Assembly (NCBI GenBank): GCA_963769885.1
Contig: CAVYNH010000006.1
Location: 352,001-416,000, forward strand
Source of the DNA: Methanobacteriota archaeon
GTDB taxonomy: Archaea > Thermoplasmatota > E2 > DHVEG-1
Length of the DNA stretch: 64,000 nucleotides
Direction of reading: 5' to 3'
Shown here: piece by piece, positions 37,779 to 48,180 of the stretch
How the letters are laid out: each line of letters begins with the position of its first letter
How positions within the stretch are numbered: the stretch's first letter is position 1
The notes under the pieces: model-generated
The model's input: only the letters and a program-made list of their open reading frames with translations
Databases searched by the model: none
What the model was told of the DNA's origin: nothing
Program-made: the position numbers and the translations under genes

Positions 37779-39548
37779 ATGCGCTCCAATAGTCGAGTCG
37801 TAACAGTCCTGATAAGCTTTGTCTGCGCCGTGCTCATGCTGCCGATCACTTCCCTGGCCGCCCCCACCCAGACGTACCCTACCCAGGCCTTCGTCTACCG
37901 CGAGCCCGGGCCGTCGCAGGACAGCATCCTGTACGCGGACGGCTCCCACGTCACCCTAGACACCGAGTCGGTCACTTGGCCGATGATTGGCAGTGACCTG
38001 TCCCAGACCACGCCCGCCGCCTTCCGAGAGGCGGTGACGAGGGCCAAGCAGCATGCGGACGCGTCCCACCACGTCCTCATCACCAGCACCAGCTCCCGCG
38101 GCCTCACCATCACGTTCTCCGCGACCTCCCCGCCGTCCGGGGCTACCGCCGCCCTGACGGCGATCGCGAACTACATCAGCGGGCTCTTCTCCGACCCGGT
38201 CTCCATCACAATCAACATCGTCTTCGGGTCCATGGGCCCCGGCATTCTCGGCGGCACCACCTCCTATTACGCCAGTTCCGTCACGTATACGAACACTCGC
38301 AGCGGGATGGTTAATGGAATGGACGCGGATGACACGATCCAGACGTACTTGCCCTCCGGCTCCACGATCCCGGTCCGCTACAACATCGCCAGCGGGTCGG
38401 CGACCTCCGAGACCCGCTGCTACTTCACCAAAGCGAACTACCGGGCGACGATCGGCACCGTGACCGGCGACGCCGCCGACATGAGCATCAACACCGATTA
38501 TACCTGGGACTACGACCCCAGCAACGGCGTGAGCGGGTACTGCTTCCGCAGCGTCGTCGCCCACGAGGTCGGCCACGTCCTGGGATTCACCTCCGGGGCG
38601 GATTTCCGCACCAACGACATCGAGGCGCTGGACCTCTACCGGTTCCAGAACAGCGACGGCAGCGGGGACTACAACCCGGACACGATCCCGGAGTTCCAGA
38701 CCACGGCCCGGCTCTGCTGGCTCGACCAGACCGGGTCCTCGGATGACGACTGCAACTCAGACCTGATCAGCGTGGAGTACCGGATGTCCGATGGGACGCC
38801 GTACCAGGCCAGCCATTTCAGCCAGGGGCTCGTCAACGCGATCATGCAGCCGGCGATCTCGGAGGGGACCACGTTCTATCCGAACTACTATCGCGTTCCG
38901 GATCGGACGATGCTGGATGCGATCGGCTGGGACTACATCGCCGGCACGGGGTATTCCCTCCAAATTCAGATTGATCCCGCGGGGGCCGGGTACGTGACGA
39001 AGGATCCGGATCAGGGTCTCTATTACCCAGGAGATGTGGTGACGCTCACCGCGTACGGCAACAGCGGGCATACGTTCAGTAACTGGAGCGGGGCCGTCAG
39101 TGGGACGCAGAACCCGATCACGCTGACGATGAATGGGAACAAGTCGGTCACCGCGCACTTCAGCGGGGCGCCGCCGAACACGCCGGACATGCCTGACGGG
39201 CAGGCGTTCGGCTTCACGGGCATCGAGTACACCTACACGAGTAAGACGTCGGATCCGAACGGCGACGATGTCTATTATATGTGGGACTGGGGTGACGGGT
39301 CGACCATGGTGTGGGTCGGGCCGCTGCACTCCGGGGTCACGGTCTCGACGCCGCATACCTTCGCGACGGGCGGATCGTACTCGATTCGCGTCAAGGCCAA
39401 GGACACCTCGAATGCTGAGAGCGACTGGTCGCCGTCGCTGCCGGTGACGATGCCGTTCATCGACCCCGTTCAAGAAGGGCATCAAGGGCCGTTCCTCACC
39501 CTGCTGCTGCGGCTGCTGCACCTGCTGTGGTCAGCTGCGTTCTTGTAG
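37779..39548 (+). CDS. Secreted zincin metalloprotease (NF038122-like) with InlB B-repeat and PKD domain
   Basis: HEVGHVLGF, ALDLYRF, ASH, LDAIGWD; VTLTA...FSNWSG; WDWGDG. Confidence 0.85.
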   Translation: MRSNSRVVTVLISFVCAVLMLPITSLAAPTQTYPTQAFVYREPGPSQDSILYADGSHVTLDTESVTWPMIGSDLSQTTPAAFREAVTRAKQHADASHHVLITSTSSRGLTITFSATSPPSGATAALTAIANYISGLFSDPVSITINIVFGSMGPGILGGTTSYYASSVTYTNTRSGMVNGMDADDTIQTYLPSGSTIPVRYNIASGSATSETRCYFTKANYRATIGTVTGDAADMSINTDYTWDYDPSNGVSGYCFRSVVAHEVGHVLGFTSGADFRTNDIEALDLYRFQNSDGSGDYNPDTIPEFQTTARLCWLDQTGSSDDDCNSDLISVEYRMSDGTPYQASHFSQGLVNAIMQPAISEGTTFYPNYYRVPDRTMLDAIGWDYIAGTGYSLQIQIDPAGAGYVTKDPDQGLYYPGDVVTLTAYGNSGHTFSNWSGAVSGTQNPITLTMNGNKSVTAHFSGAPPNTPDMPDGQAFGFTGIEYTYTSKTSDPNGDDVYYMWDWGDGSTMVWVGPLHSGVTVSTPHTFATGGSYSIRVKAKDTSNAESDWSPSLPVTMPFIDPVQEGHQGPFLTLLLRLLHLLWSAAFL

Positions 39549-40613
39549 CCAGCGGGCGATGCGGGGGTAGACTTCGTCTCGGACATGGAGTCCGAGGTTG
39601 AGGTCGAGGTGGCCGTAGTCGGCGCTGAACCCGTTCTTCTGTGAGAGTTCAAGATAGGTAATGTCCGTGCTGCCGACGTGGTGGGTGACGTATTGGACGT
39701 CGGCGGGTGGGCCGAGGTGGTCCTGGGCGCCGGCGATGGCGAGGAGCGGGGCGGTGAACTGGTTGAGGTGGTCGGTGTAGCTGTAGGGGGCGGCGAGGGT
39801 TTTGATTCCGGGGAGCCGGCCGACGGTGTCGTAGATCCAGGGACGCCGCGGGTATTTGCAGAAGGTGGTATGACGGAAGAAGAGGCTGAAGTGGTTGATG
39901 ACTTTGGTGGAGATGACGGTCTGGTGGCCGATTTTGAGGTATTGTTCCCAGATTTTTTGGTCGACGTTGGTGGGGTTGATGCTAATTTTTTGGAGGTAGC
40001 GGACGAGGTCGGGTGATTTGATGACGAGGTCGGGGAGGCGGAGGGGGATGGCGAAGTTGCGGGGCGTGATGTGGGTGAGGAATTCGAGGAGGACGCCGGT
40101 TTTTTGGAAGGTGACGGGGCTGCCGAGGGTGATGACGCCTTTGAAGTCATTTTTTCCTTGTGGTGTTTCGCCGTAGGCGTAGGCGATCATGCCGCCCATG
40201 CTTTTGCCGACCCAGAAGACCTGGGGGCGGTTTCCTGTGTGGTTTTGGTGCCAGTCGCGGACGGTTTGTATGATGGCGGGGGCGTCTTTGTCGATGTAGT
40301 CGTCGACGGTCCAGTGGTATTTTTCCGGGTTCTTGTGGGGGTCGTAGGTTGGTGTGGTGCCGTTGCCTCTGAGTTCGGGGACCCAGACGTGGTAGCTGGG
40401 GGTTGTGGTGGTGAGGTGGGCGGCGAGGCTGTAGCGGTCCCATTCGGGGGTGCCGGGGGTGCCGAAGTCGCAGCTGTTTTTGTTGGCGACGAGGCCGTGG
40501 CAGAGGATGACTGGGGTGGGTGCGGTGGTGGTGGTGCGGGGGTGGTAGTGGGTGAGGGTGAGGTGCCAGCCGTCGGTGGTGGTGGCGGTGTGGGTCTCGT
40601 AGGGGATGGTCAT
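39531..40613 (-). CDS. Alpha/beta hydrolase (lipase/PHA-synthase-like)
   Basis: TTDGWHL, VILCHG, ELRGNG, GKSMGG elbow, GAQD and YGHLDL motifs. Confidence 0.85.
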   Translation of the reverse strand: MTIPYETHTATTTDGWHLTLTHYHPRTTTTAPTPVILCHGLVANKNSCDFGTPGTPEWDRYSLAAHLTTTTPSYHVWVPELRGNGTTPTYDPHKNPEKYHWTVDDYIDKDAPAIIQTVRDWHQNHTGNRPQVFWVGKSMGGMIAYAYGETPQGKNDFKGVITLGSPVTFQKTGVLLEFLTHITPRNFAIPLRLPDLVIKSPDLVRYLQKISINPTNVDQKIWEQYLKIGHQTVISTKVINHFSLFFRHTTFCKYPRRPWIYDTVGRLPGIKTLAAPYSYTDHLNQFTAPLLAIAGAQDHLGPPADVQYVTHHVGSTDITYLELSQKNGFSADYGHLDLNLGLHVRDEVYPRIARWLQERS

Positions 40614-41260
40614 GGGGCGGCACCGTGTGTGGTGAGGAAGGATTCGGCGAGTTTTTTTGTGGTGGGTCGGGTGCTTTTCGTGTAGCGAGCGGCGTACTTC
40701 AAGATTTGATCGTGGTTTTTGATTTGAGGGTAGATTGTGTCGAAGGTGATGAGGGTTTTTGCGGCGATGATGTGTTTGCATTCTTGCGTGAGGTGGGGGT
40801 TGGTGGGGAGTTGTTCGGCGGCGAGGAGGTGGGTGGTGATGCGGTCCGCGAGGGTTGGTTTGGCGGCGACGATGGTGGGGGTGTGGTCGATGATGGTGGT
40901 GGCGGTGACGAGGTAGCCGTCGGTGAGGTGGTGGTAGTAGCGGTCGAGGATGGGTTCGAATTTGTTTTTGGTGTCGACGGTGGTGAGGTTGGCGAGGATG
41001 GTGAGGGCGTTCCAGGTGAGGATGCGGTGGGGGTTGTCGAGGAGTTTAACAAAATCGTCGAAGTGTGGGTAGAGGAGGATAGGTTGTCTTTCGCTGAGGA
41101 GGATGAGGGTTTTGCTGCTACCATAGCGAATCACGGCGGTGGAGTCGTAAAGTCCGGCGAGGAGTTGGGGGAGGAGGCTGGGGTCGTGTTGGATTTTTTG
41201 TGCGAGTGCTTCTGGGGTCGTGGTTTTGTTTTTAAGACCTTGGGTGATGAGGATGGGCAT
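40610..41260 (-). CDS. HEAT/ARM-repeat-like hypothetical protein
   Basis: All-helical with LYPHFDDFVKLL; overlaps the downstream start (ATGA). Confidence 0.7.
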   Translation of the reverse strand: MPILITQGLKNKTTTPEALAQKIQHDPSLLPQLLAGLYDSTAVIRYGSSKTLILLSERQPILLYPHFDDFVKLLDNPHRILTWNALTILANLTTVDTKNKFEPILDRYYHHLTDGYLVTATTIIDHTPTIVAAKPTLADRITTHLLAAEQLPTNPHLTQECKHIIAAKTLITFDTIYPQIKNHDQILKYAARYTKSTRPTTKKLAESFLTTHGAAP

Positions 41261-41400
41261 CGGTGTTCTCCTTGGGCTTGGTCTGCTGAGGGAATGTTGG
41301 AGTGGTCTTATTAATTCGTTGGGAGGGAAAAAGAGGGAGATGGTGTCGGCGGTGTTGAGACCGGCACCTAGGTGTTTTTTTTGTAAGGTGGTTTTATGGT

Positions 41401-42468
41401 TTATTCGACGGGTGGGATGTCGTAGGGTTCTGCTGCTGGGCTGAAGTCGAACATGACGCGGGTGGCGTGGTGGCCGGCGATTTGGTTGTAGTATCCGCGC
41501 CAGCCGGGGATTGGGTAGGGTTTGGTGTAGGATTGTCCCCAGTAGTTTGACTGCCAGGTGGCGACGTTGAGAGGGTTTTGGTTGATGCTGAAGTAGTCGG
41601 TTCTTTTGAAGACAATGACGGTGATCCGGTAGAGGATGTTGAGGAAGGGGTTGCGGGTGAAGGTGGCGGGGTGGGTGTTGTTGATGAAGTTGTTCTTGAT
41701 AGTGGAGTCGTAGGCGTTTTGGAGGCTGACGCCGATAAGACAGTCGGTGAATTCGTTTTGGTAGATGGTGTTGTTGGCGTCCGCTTCTGAGAAAAGGCCG
41801 TTGTGGGCGCTGCGGACGTGGTTGAGGGTGACGAGGCTGTTGAAGGAGCTGCTGAGGTGGATGCCGGAGAGGTCGATGGGGCTTGTTGTGTTCATGGTGA
41901 TGTCGTTGTGTTCGATGCGGGTCTTGTCTGAGGTCCAGACGCCGATGCCGGTCTGGCAGTTGCTGATGATGTTGTTGCTGATGATGTTTCTGCTGACTGG
42001 TTCGTAAGTCCAGGGGACGACGGTGATGCCGCCGGCGCTGCAGTCGGTGATGCGGGTGTGGTTGACGAGGGTGTCGTTGGCTCGGATGAGGATGCCGTCG
42101 AACTGAGTGTTTCTGATGGTGAAGCCTTGGATCGTGACGCCGTCGGCGCGGACGAGGAGGATTGGGACGGCGCCGTGGCCGGCATCAATGATGGTGGTGT
42201 CCCTGTCTTCTCCCATGAGTATGATGCTGTGGGTGATGGTGAAGTTCCCGAGGTAGGGGGAACCGTCGTGGTAGACGTAAATGGTGTCACCGTCGGTGGC
42301 GTGGTCGAGGGCGTCTTGGATGCTGGTGTAGTTGCCGGGTCCGCTGCCGCCTACATAGAGGATGGTCCCGGTTGGTGCTGGGGTGTTGGTTTTGGTGGTG
42401 GCGAGGACGGGTGTTGCCAGGCAGAATGTGACTAGCATGCATAACATAAGCCGTAAGATTCCCTTCAT
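41401..42468 (-). CDS. Secreted right-handed beta-helix (NosD) protein
   Basis: LYVGGSGPGNYTSIQDA, GDTIYV, NNFINN, NYW and FDFSPAAEPYDI motifs. Confidence 0.88.
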   Translation of the reverse strand: MKGILRLMLCMLVTFCLATPVLATTKTNTPAPTGTILYVGGSGPGNYTSIQDALDHATDGDTIYVYHDGSPYLGNFTITHSIILMGEDRDTTIIDAGHGAVPILLVRADGVTIQGFTIRNTQFDGILIRANDTLVNHTRITDCSAGGITVVPWTYEPVSRNIISNNIISNCQTGIGVWTSDKTRIEHNDITMNTTSPIDLSGIHLSSSFNSLVTLNHVRSAHNGLFSEADANNTIYQNEFTDCLIGVSLQNAYDSTIKNNFINNTHPATFTRNPFLNILYRITVIVFKRTDYFSINQNPLNVATWQSNYWGQSYTKPYPIPGWRGYYNQIAGHHATRVMFDFSPAAEPYDIPPVE

Positions 42469-42618
42469 GCTTCTTGCCTCTAGGGAATTTAAAGGGCGGT
42501 CGGATTATTAATACTTTCGTCTTGATTCGATTCAATTGGCTGATTAATAAATGAAAAGAAGAAGAGATGTTGTTTTTTACGAATGTATAGAAGATGGAGC
42601 GGATCTCACTCTGATGCG

Positions 42619-42741
42619 TTACTCGAGGCGATCGAAGAGGACCCGATAGCGGTTGCACTCTACACAGCTGCGTAGGAACGGGTCGGGAATCGGGCAGGAG
42701 CCGCAGATGTCAGGCATATAGGGCAATGATCGGTCTCTCAT
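42619..42741 (-). CDS. 40-aa Cys-rich micro-protein
   Basis: MRDRSLPYMPDICGSCPIPDPFLRSCVECNRYRVLFDRLE; two CxxC; divergent from the Lrp gene. Alternative start at 42717. Confidence 0.5.
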   Translation of the reverse strand: MRDRSLPYMPDICGSCPIPDPFLRSCVECNRYRVLFDRLE

Positions 42742-42865
42742 ATTTCAACCATTTTCAGCAATTGCCATTCAAATGACCAATAATATGTTAAAAATCCGTA
42801 TTTGTTTTGAATCTCAGCCAAAACACCGCGAAAAATACTTAACTTGACCAGGCGTTGTATGGCGT

Positions 42866-43309
42866 ATGGACTCCCTCGACGAACGAATCCTGACGCAGCT
42901 GACCGCCAACGCCCGCACCAGCTACCGCGACATCGCACGTGCCCTCCATGTCAGCCTCTCCACCGTCTCCGCCCACATCCGCAGACTCGAAACAACCGGC
43001 GTCATCACCGGCTACACCGCCCTCGTCGACCCCGAACGCCTCGGCTACAGCCTCACCGCCATCATCAACCTCAAGATCGGCCGCGGCAAACTCCTCGAAG
43101 TTCAACGCACCATCGCCAAAGACCCCCACGTCAGCGCCGTCTACGACATCACCGGCGACTGGGACAGCCTCGTCATCGCCCACTTCAAAGAACGCCGCGA
43201 CCTCAACACCTTCATCAAACGCGTCCTCACCCTCCCTGACGTCGAACGCACCAACACCCAGCTCGTCCTCAACATCGTCAAAGACGAACGACTCACACAC
43301 CCATCATGA
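42866..43309 (+). CDS. Lrp/AsnC transcriptional regulator
   Basis: LDERIL...NARTSY..IA HTH, GVITGY and YDITGDWD motifs. Confidence 0.95.
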   Translation: MDSLDERILTQLTANARTSYRDIARALHVSLSTVSAHIRRLETTGVITGYTALVDPERLGYSLTAIINLKIGRGKLLEVQRTIAKDPHVSAVYDITGDWDSLVIAHFKERRDLNTFIKRVLTLPDVERTNTQLVLNIVKDERLTHPS

Positions 43310-43392
43310 CTGTGCGACACGAACGGTTTGAGTACCCACGCTCCCGCAGGTTCCCCTGAAGTCTGTTCAGTGTTTGGATTCTAGGGAATGAC

Positions 43393-44055
43393 CTACATGG
43401 CGGTAATGGTCACAATGTCAAGATACATGTTTTCGCCGTAACCAGAGATCCCTCTGAAGCCAATTTTTACTAAATTAAAACGATAGTTACTGATATCGAT
43501 GGTGTGGTTCATCCATCCCGCATATGATGCATATCTGGGGAACGCTCCAACGAGATCCCATTGATGAGTTGGGTTTCCGAATAACCTCAAAATATAGACT
43601 TCTACAGTGTCAGCACTGCTCGGATAGCCGCTATCGTGATACATCGAAAACTGCAGTAATCGTACCGGGTAAAACAATTTGAATAGGCAAATCCATTTTT
43701 TTGTGTTCAATTGTGCGCTCATTCCCGCAGGCACGACATAGCTGTAATACTCCGCCATCCAGGTACCGCTCAAGGGGCTGACAGTCGGGGAACTCCCGCT
43801 CGTCACACCAGCCCATAAGTTGCTCGCATGTGATCCCGCGATGGGGACGGAAATCCATTTCGTGCTGAAGGTCTCAAAACCATCGGAGAACATCACAAAT
43901 GGCACTGGAAGGGGCTGCAATGGCATCGCACCAGGGCTCATAACCGAATTACCCACAGACGAGCCAATTCTTAACTGCGGAGTGCCTGCGACCGCAGTGG
44001 TTGGAATCGTACTAATCAACGTTACCATGACACAGAGCAAGAAACAGAATTTCAT
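43393..44055 (-). CDS. Secreted beta-sandwich protein (MAM/cleaved-adhesin-like)
   Basis: Signal peptide; FSDGFE, FSMYHDSGY, IDISNY...IGFRGISGYGENMYLD. Confidence 0.65.
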   Translation of the reverse strand: MKFCFLLCVMVTLISTIPTTAVAGTPQLRIGSSVGNSVMSPGAMPLQPLPVPFVMFSDGFETFSTKWISVPIAGSHASNLWAGVTSGSSPTVSPLSGTWMAEYYSYVVPAGMSAQLNTKKWICLFKLFYPVRLLQFSMYHDSGYPSSADTVEVYILRLFGNPTHQWDLVGAFPRYASYAGWMNHTIDISNYRFNLVKIGFRGISGYGENMYLDIVTITAM

Positions 44056-44323
44056 TCCTCTCACTAGCCTCCAATAAAAATCTCGTGTTTCATTTCCACT
44101 CTTCATTTTTTTCTGACCTCCTCAAACAAAACGGTCATAAATCTTATTCAACGAAAATATATAAAGATTTTCAAAATATAAATAATAGAACCAAGGTAAC
44201 AATAATATTACTGAGTATATCTAGTGACTTTTCCTTCACACATCCAAGACTCACTTTCAAAGGGAGACGTACGGGAAAGAACTGTCAAAGAACGCTTAAA
44301 TACCTGAAACGCAGACACACTCA

Positions 44324-44647
44324 GTGATGACCATGGACAAACGCATCATCGCCATCTCCATCGCAGCCATTTTCCTGGCACTCATCCCGGCCGCGGGAGC
44401 CGCCGGCCCACGCACCTACACCACCGTCTCCGGCATCTGCCTCTCCGTGCTGCCCCACACCCACATCCCGATGAAATCCATGAACGCCGTCCTGGTGTAC
44501 TACACCATCCACCAGCCGCTCCACATGCCCAAGCACGGCGTCTTCATCATGCAACACGTGACCTTCACCGGCGACTTCGTCGGCCACGTCCGCTACTGCA
44601 TGATCAACGGAGAATTCGCCGGGACCCCAGTCCTGGTCCACGAATAA
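44324..44647 (+). CDS. Small secreted hypothetical protein
   Basis: Signal peptide MDKRIIAISIAAIFLALIPAAGA; host codon bias; T-tract terminator. Confidence 0.7.
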   Translation: MMTMDKRIIAISIAAIFLALIPAAGAAGPRTYTTVSGICLSVLPHTHIPMKSMNAVLVYYTIHQPLHMPKHGVFIMQHVTFTGDFVGHVRYCMINGEFAGTPVLVHE

Positions 44648-44804
44648 ACACAGCGTTCATTCCCCCCCTCTTTTTTCTTTTTAATTCTTCCCCCCGCCAT
44701 CTTGCCCCAGATTTCCTAACGAGCCGGACCCCGCACCATCCCTTGAAGAAGCCATCCTAAAACAGTCACACTTTTCTAACACCACACCGATACCTCTCCC
44801 TGAC

Positions 44805-45287
44805 ATGAAACCAGCCGTCAAACTCACCATCATCATGCTCTGCGCCTTCCTCGCCACCCTCGTCGCCCTCTACGAACTCCTCTACCTCCCCCTCCAAGAC
44901 CAAACCACCACCATCTCCGCCGCCAGACCCCTCGCCGGCACCTGGACCGGCACCGTCACCTTCACCGACCGCCCCACCCAGACCTGCCTCTACCAAGGGC
45001 CACTCACCCTCCACCTCACCCAAAACGGAGACCAACTCGACGGATCCTTCACCGCCACCGTCACCTCCACCAACAACAACCCCGCCTGCGTCCGCGTCGG
45101 CTCAACCTTCACCTACGACCTCCAGGGCACCGTCAGCTCCTCCGCCGTCCACCTCACCGTCGCCGACACCGACGCCCTCACCGGCGCCTACACCACCAAC
45201 ATCCTCACCCTCCGCTGGCAACGATGCGAAAACTGCACCTCCGGGCCAGCCATCACCTTCGTCGGCATGGTCTCCCTCACCAAATAA
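44805..45287 (+). CDS. Membrane-anchored beta-barrel hypothetical protein
   Basis: N-terminal TM; LAGTWTG, LTQNGDQLDG. Confidence 0.7.
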   Translation: MKPAVKLTIIMLCAFLATLVALYELLYLPLQDQTTTISAARPLAGTWTGTVTFTDRPTQTCLYQGPLTLHLTQNGDQLDGSFTATVTSTNNNPACVRVGSTFTYDLQGTVSSSAVHLTVADTDALTGAYTTNILTLRWQRCENCTSGPAITFVGMVSLTK

Positions 45288-45302
45288 AAAAATATTCTTA
45301 TT

Positions 45303-45716
45303 TTAAGGCCGAACCGACCGCACCAACGCCTCCACCACCGCCACATCCCCAGCCACGAACTGAAACAACCGCAGCCCCTCCACCGGCACCCACCGGAAAT
45401 CCTGACAATCCAGACACCGTGGCTCCCCCAATACCCACCGCGCAAAAAACACATGCAGCACGATCGGCGACGAACGGCCATCCCTCAGATAAACAAACGG
45501 ATGGACCATGAACAGCCGCTCTACCGCAATCTCGATGCCCAGCTCCTCACGGATCTCCCGACGAATACACTCCTCCGGCTTCTCACCCGGCTCCAGCTTC
45601 CCGCCCGGGAACTCCCACTTATCGGGCTCAAGCCGACTCGAATGCTTCCGCTGCGCCACCAACACCAACCCATCCTTCCGGATGATCGCCGCCGTCACCT
45701 GAACCGGATCCAACAT
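45303..45716 (-). CDS. mutT: MutT-like NUDIX pyrophosphohydrolase
   Basis: VTAAII, WEFPGGKLEPGEKPEECIRREIREELG. Confidence 0.85.
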   Translation of the reverse strand: MLDPVQVTAAIIRKDGLVLVAQRKHSSRLEPDKWEFPGGKLEPGEKPEECIRREIREELGIEIAVERLFMVHPFVYLRDGRSSPIVLHVFFARWVLGEPRCLDCQDFRWVPVEGLRLFQFVAGDVAVVEALVRSVRP

Positions 45717-45769
45717 ACCACAAGACGAAAACCAACCACTATTATATACACACCGATACAACCCGCGCT

Positions 45770-46597
45770 TCAGGACAACCCGACGGTCTTCGCCGACGCA
45801 TCCCACAACCGCTGCGCCACAGCCATATCATACGATTCGTCAGACAACCGCTTCACCTGGCACGCCGCGAAATACTCCCCCGTGACATCCTTCACCTCAG
45901 GAGAACTCGCCACATAGACCGACGTCCGCGCCCGCTCCACCGGAGACTTCCCGAACATCCAGAACCCCACTCGATACACCCACGGCGCGTCCCGCGCCAG
46001 ATTCGTCCGCGCCAATCCGGGCTGCACACAATTCACCGTCACCCCTGATCCCGACAGCTTCTTCGCCAGCAACCGCGTAAACAAGATCACCCCGAGCTTC
46101 GAATGCCGATACGCCTTCATCCCGGACCACCCCTTCCTCAACTCCAGATCATCGAAATGGATCGCCCCCGAATGCAGCCCCGACGTTATATTCACAATCC
46201 GCGATGGCGCACTCCGCTTCACCACATCAAGCAGGAGATTCGTCAACAGAAACGGCGCCAGATAATTCACCGCAAAGATCCGCTCGATCCCATCCGCCGA
46301 CTCCCGCCTATGAAAATCCCAGACCCCCGCATTATTAATCAGCACATCCAACCGCGGATACCGCTGCAGATACTCCGCCGCACACCGACGCACCGACGCC
46401 AACGACTCCAGATCACAAAACAAGACCTCGATATCACGATTCCCAGTCGACTCCTGCAGCTCACGCAACGCCTCAGCACCACGCCGCTCATCATGCGTCG
46501 TAAACACAATACTATACCCCATCCTGGCCAAGCCACGCGCTGTCTCCTTCCCAATCCCTGAGGTCGCACCCGTGATTAAAACTCTCTTCCCATTCAT
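45770..46597 (-). CDS. SDR oxidoreductase (retinol-dehydrogenase-like)
   Basis: TGATSGIG, NNAG and YRHSK motifs. Confidence 0.92.
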   Translation of the reverse strand: MNGKRVLITGATSGIGKETARGLARMGYSIVFTTHDERRGAEALRELQESTGNRDIEVLFCDLESLASVRRCAAEYLQRYPRLDVLINNAGVWDFHRRESADGIERIFAVNYLAPFLLTNLLLDVVKRSAPSRIVNITSGLHSGAIHFDDLELRKGWSGMKAYRHSKLGVILFTRLLAKKLSGSGVTVNCVQPGLARTNLARDAPWVYRVGFWMFGKSPVERARTSVYVASSPEVKDVTGEYFAACQVKRLSDESYDMAVAQRLWDASAKTVGLS

Positions 46598-46653
46598 GGA
46601 AGCCTCACCACTACAAACACATCCCACCAAGAGTACAAATAAATTCCGACTAA

Positions 46654-47703
46654 CTATCTGACCGTCTTCCTGACTGCCGCGACGAACCCCTCGATCTCCT
46701 CCGGCCGCGTCTGAAACGAGCAGACCAGCCGGACCTCCGGACGCCGCTCATCGAACCGATGGAAGAAAAACTCCCGCTGCAGCCTCGGAATCGACGCCTC
46801 AGGGAGCAACGCGAACACCATGTTCGCCTCCACCGGCTGCGTGACCTTAACGCCCGGGATCCCCCGGAGGCCGTCCGCCAGCCGCCGGGCCATCGCATTC
46901 GCATGCCGCGCGTTCTCAAGCCACAGATCCCCCTCCAGCATCGCAAGGAACTGCGCCGTGATGTACCGCATCTTCGAATCCAGCTGCATCCCCTGCTTCC
47001 GGAAAAAAGGAAAACACGACGACAATTTCTTGTTGAGAAAGACGACGGCCTCACCGAACATCATCCCGTTCTTCGTCCCGCCAAACGAGAGCACATCCAC
47101 GCCGGCTTTCCCCACGAGATCATTCAAGCCGACGTTCAACGACGCGGCGGCATTGCACAACCGCGCCCCATCCATTTGAACAAAGAGATCATGCTCATGC
47201 GCGAACTTCGACATAGCTGTGATCTCCTCTGGCGTATAAACGGTCCCGCGCTCCGTCGCCTCAGTCAAAGAGATCACCTTCGGCTGGGCCATGTGAGGAT
47301 CCCCGATACCGACAAGACAGGACGCCACCGCCTCCACCGTCAGCTTCCCATCGGGCATCGGCACAGGGACGAGCTTGCAGCCGATGAACGACTCCGGGCC
47401 ACAGCACTCATGGACCGTCAGGTGGGCGACGTCGGTGCAGATGACGGAGTTGAAGGACTCCATGACGGTGCGCAATCCTAGGATGTTGGCCCCGGTGCCA
47501 TTGTAGAGGAAGTAAGGGTCAGACGCCGGACCGAAGATCTTCTTGAACAATGCGACGGCCTGCGCCGTGGTCTCGTCGTCCCCGTAGGCGACGGCATAAC
47601 CCGTGTTGACGTGTTCCAGGGCTTTGAGGACGGCGGGGTGGACGCCAGCGTGGTTGTCACTGCCGAACCCAGCGAAGACGGACATAGCCGTCGTATCACC
47701 CAT
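46654..47703 (-). CDS. ltaE: Low-specificity L-threonine aldolase
   Basis: FGSDN, GTGAN, HE, MDGARL and SFGGTKNG (PLP Lys) motifs. Confidence 0.92.
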   Translation of the reverse strand: MGDTTAMSVFAGFGSDNHAGVHPAVLKALEHVNTGYAVAYGDDETTAQAVALFKKIFGPASDPYFLYNGTGANILGLRTVMESFNSVICTDVAHLTVHECCGPESFIGCKLVPVPMPDGKLTVEAVASCLVGIGDPHMAQPKVISLTEATERGTVYTPEEITAMSKFAHEHDLFVQMDGARLCNAAASLNVGLNDLVGKAGVDVLSFGGTKNGMMFGEAVVFLNKKLSSCFPFFRKQGMQLDSKMRYITAQFLAMLEGDLWLENARHANAMARRLADGLRGIPGVKVTQPVEANMVFALLPEASIPRLQREFFFHRFDERRPEVRLVCSFQTRPEEIEGFVAAVRKTVR

Positions 47704-47795
47704 GGTCGTTATAAAAATAATCTATGACCTTAAAAGGAGGATCTCCGGCCTTCCCGCGAAGTGTTAATAAACGGGGGAGGTGTTGGCCGTGCCCA

Positions 47796-48140
47796 ATGGA
47801 ACAGCAGGGGGACCTGAGCCGGTTTTTCGGTCGATGGCATGCGACGATCGGCGGCGAGCAGGTGTTCCTCGAGTTCTATCCGGATGGCAGGCTTTTTTAC
47901 ACGGGGTTGTGGGGCGAGGATACAAAGGAGTTCATGCATGACATGCGGCATCCCTTGGAGTTCGGCAGACCCCGGCCCGGTCCCGCCTGGGAAGTACGGG
48001 GCGGCCTCCTCGTCATCTTCCTGTTACCACGACAAGAATTCAAATTCGAATACGCGTTTTCCGACCTCGACACGAACCTGGTCCTACGCAGCCTTCAGTC
48101 CAAGGAATCGCTGACGTTCACCAAAAAAACACGGAAGTGA
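47796..48140 (+). CDS. Hypothetical protein (lipocalin-like)
   Basis: FFGRW...LEFYPDG...WEVRGGLL beta pattern. Confidence 0.55.
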   Translation: MEQQGDLSRFFGRWHATIGGEQVFLEFYPDGRLFYTGLWGEDTKEFMHDMRHPLEFGRPRPGPAWEVRGGLLVIFLLPRQEFKFEYAFSDLDTNLVLRSLQSKESLTFTKKTRK

Positions 48141-48180
48141 AAACACGGTCTTGTCGGTGACCATGAGGATGACTAGGAGA

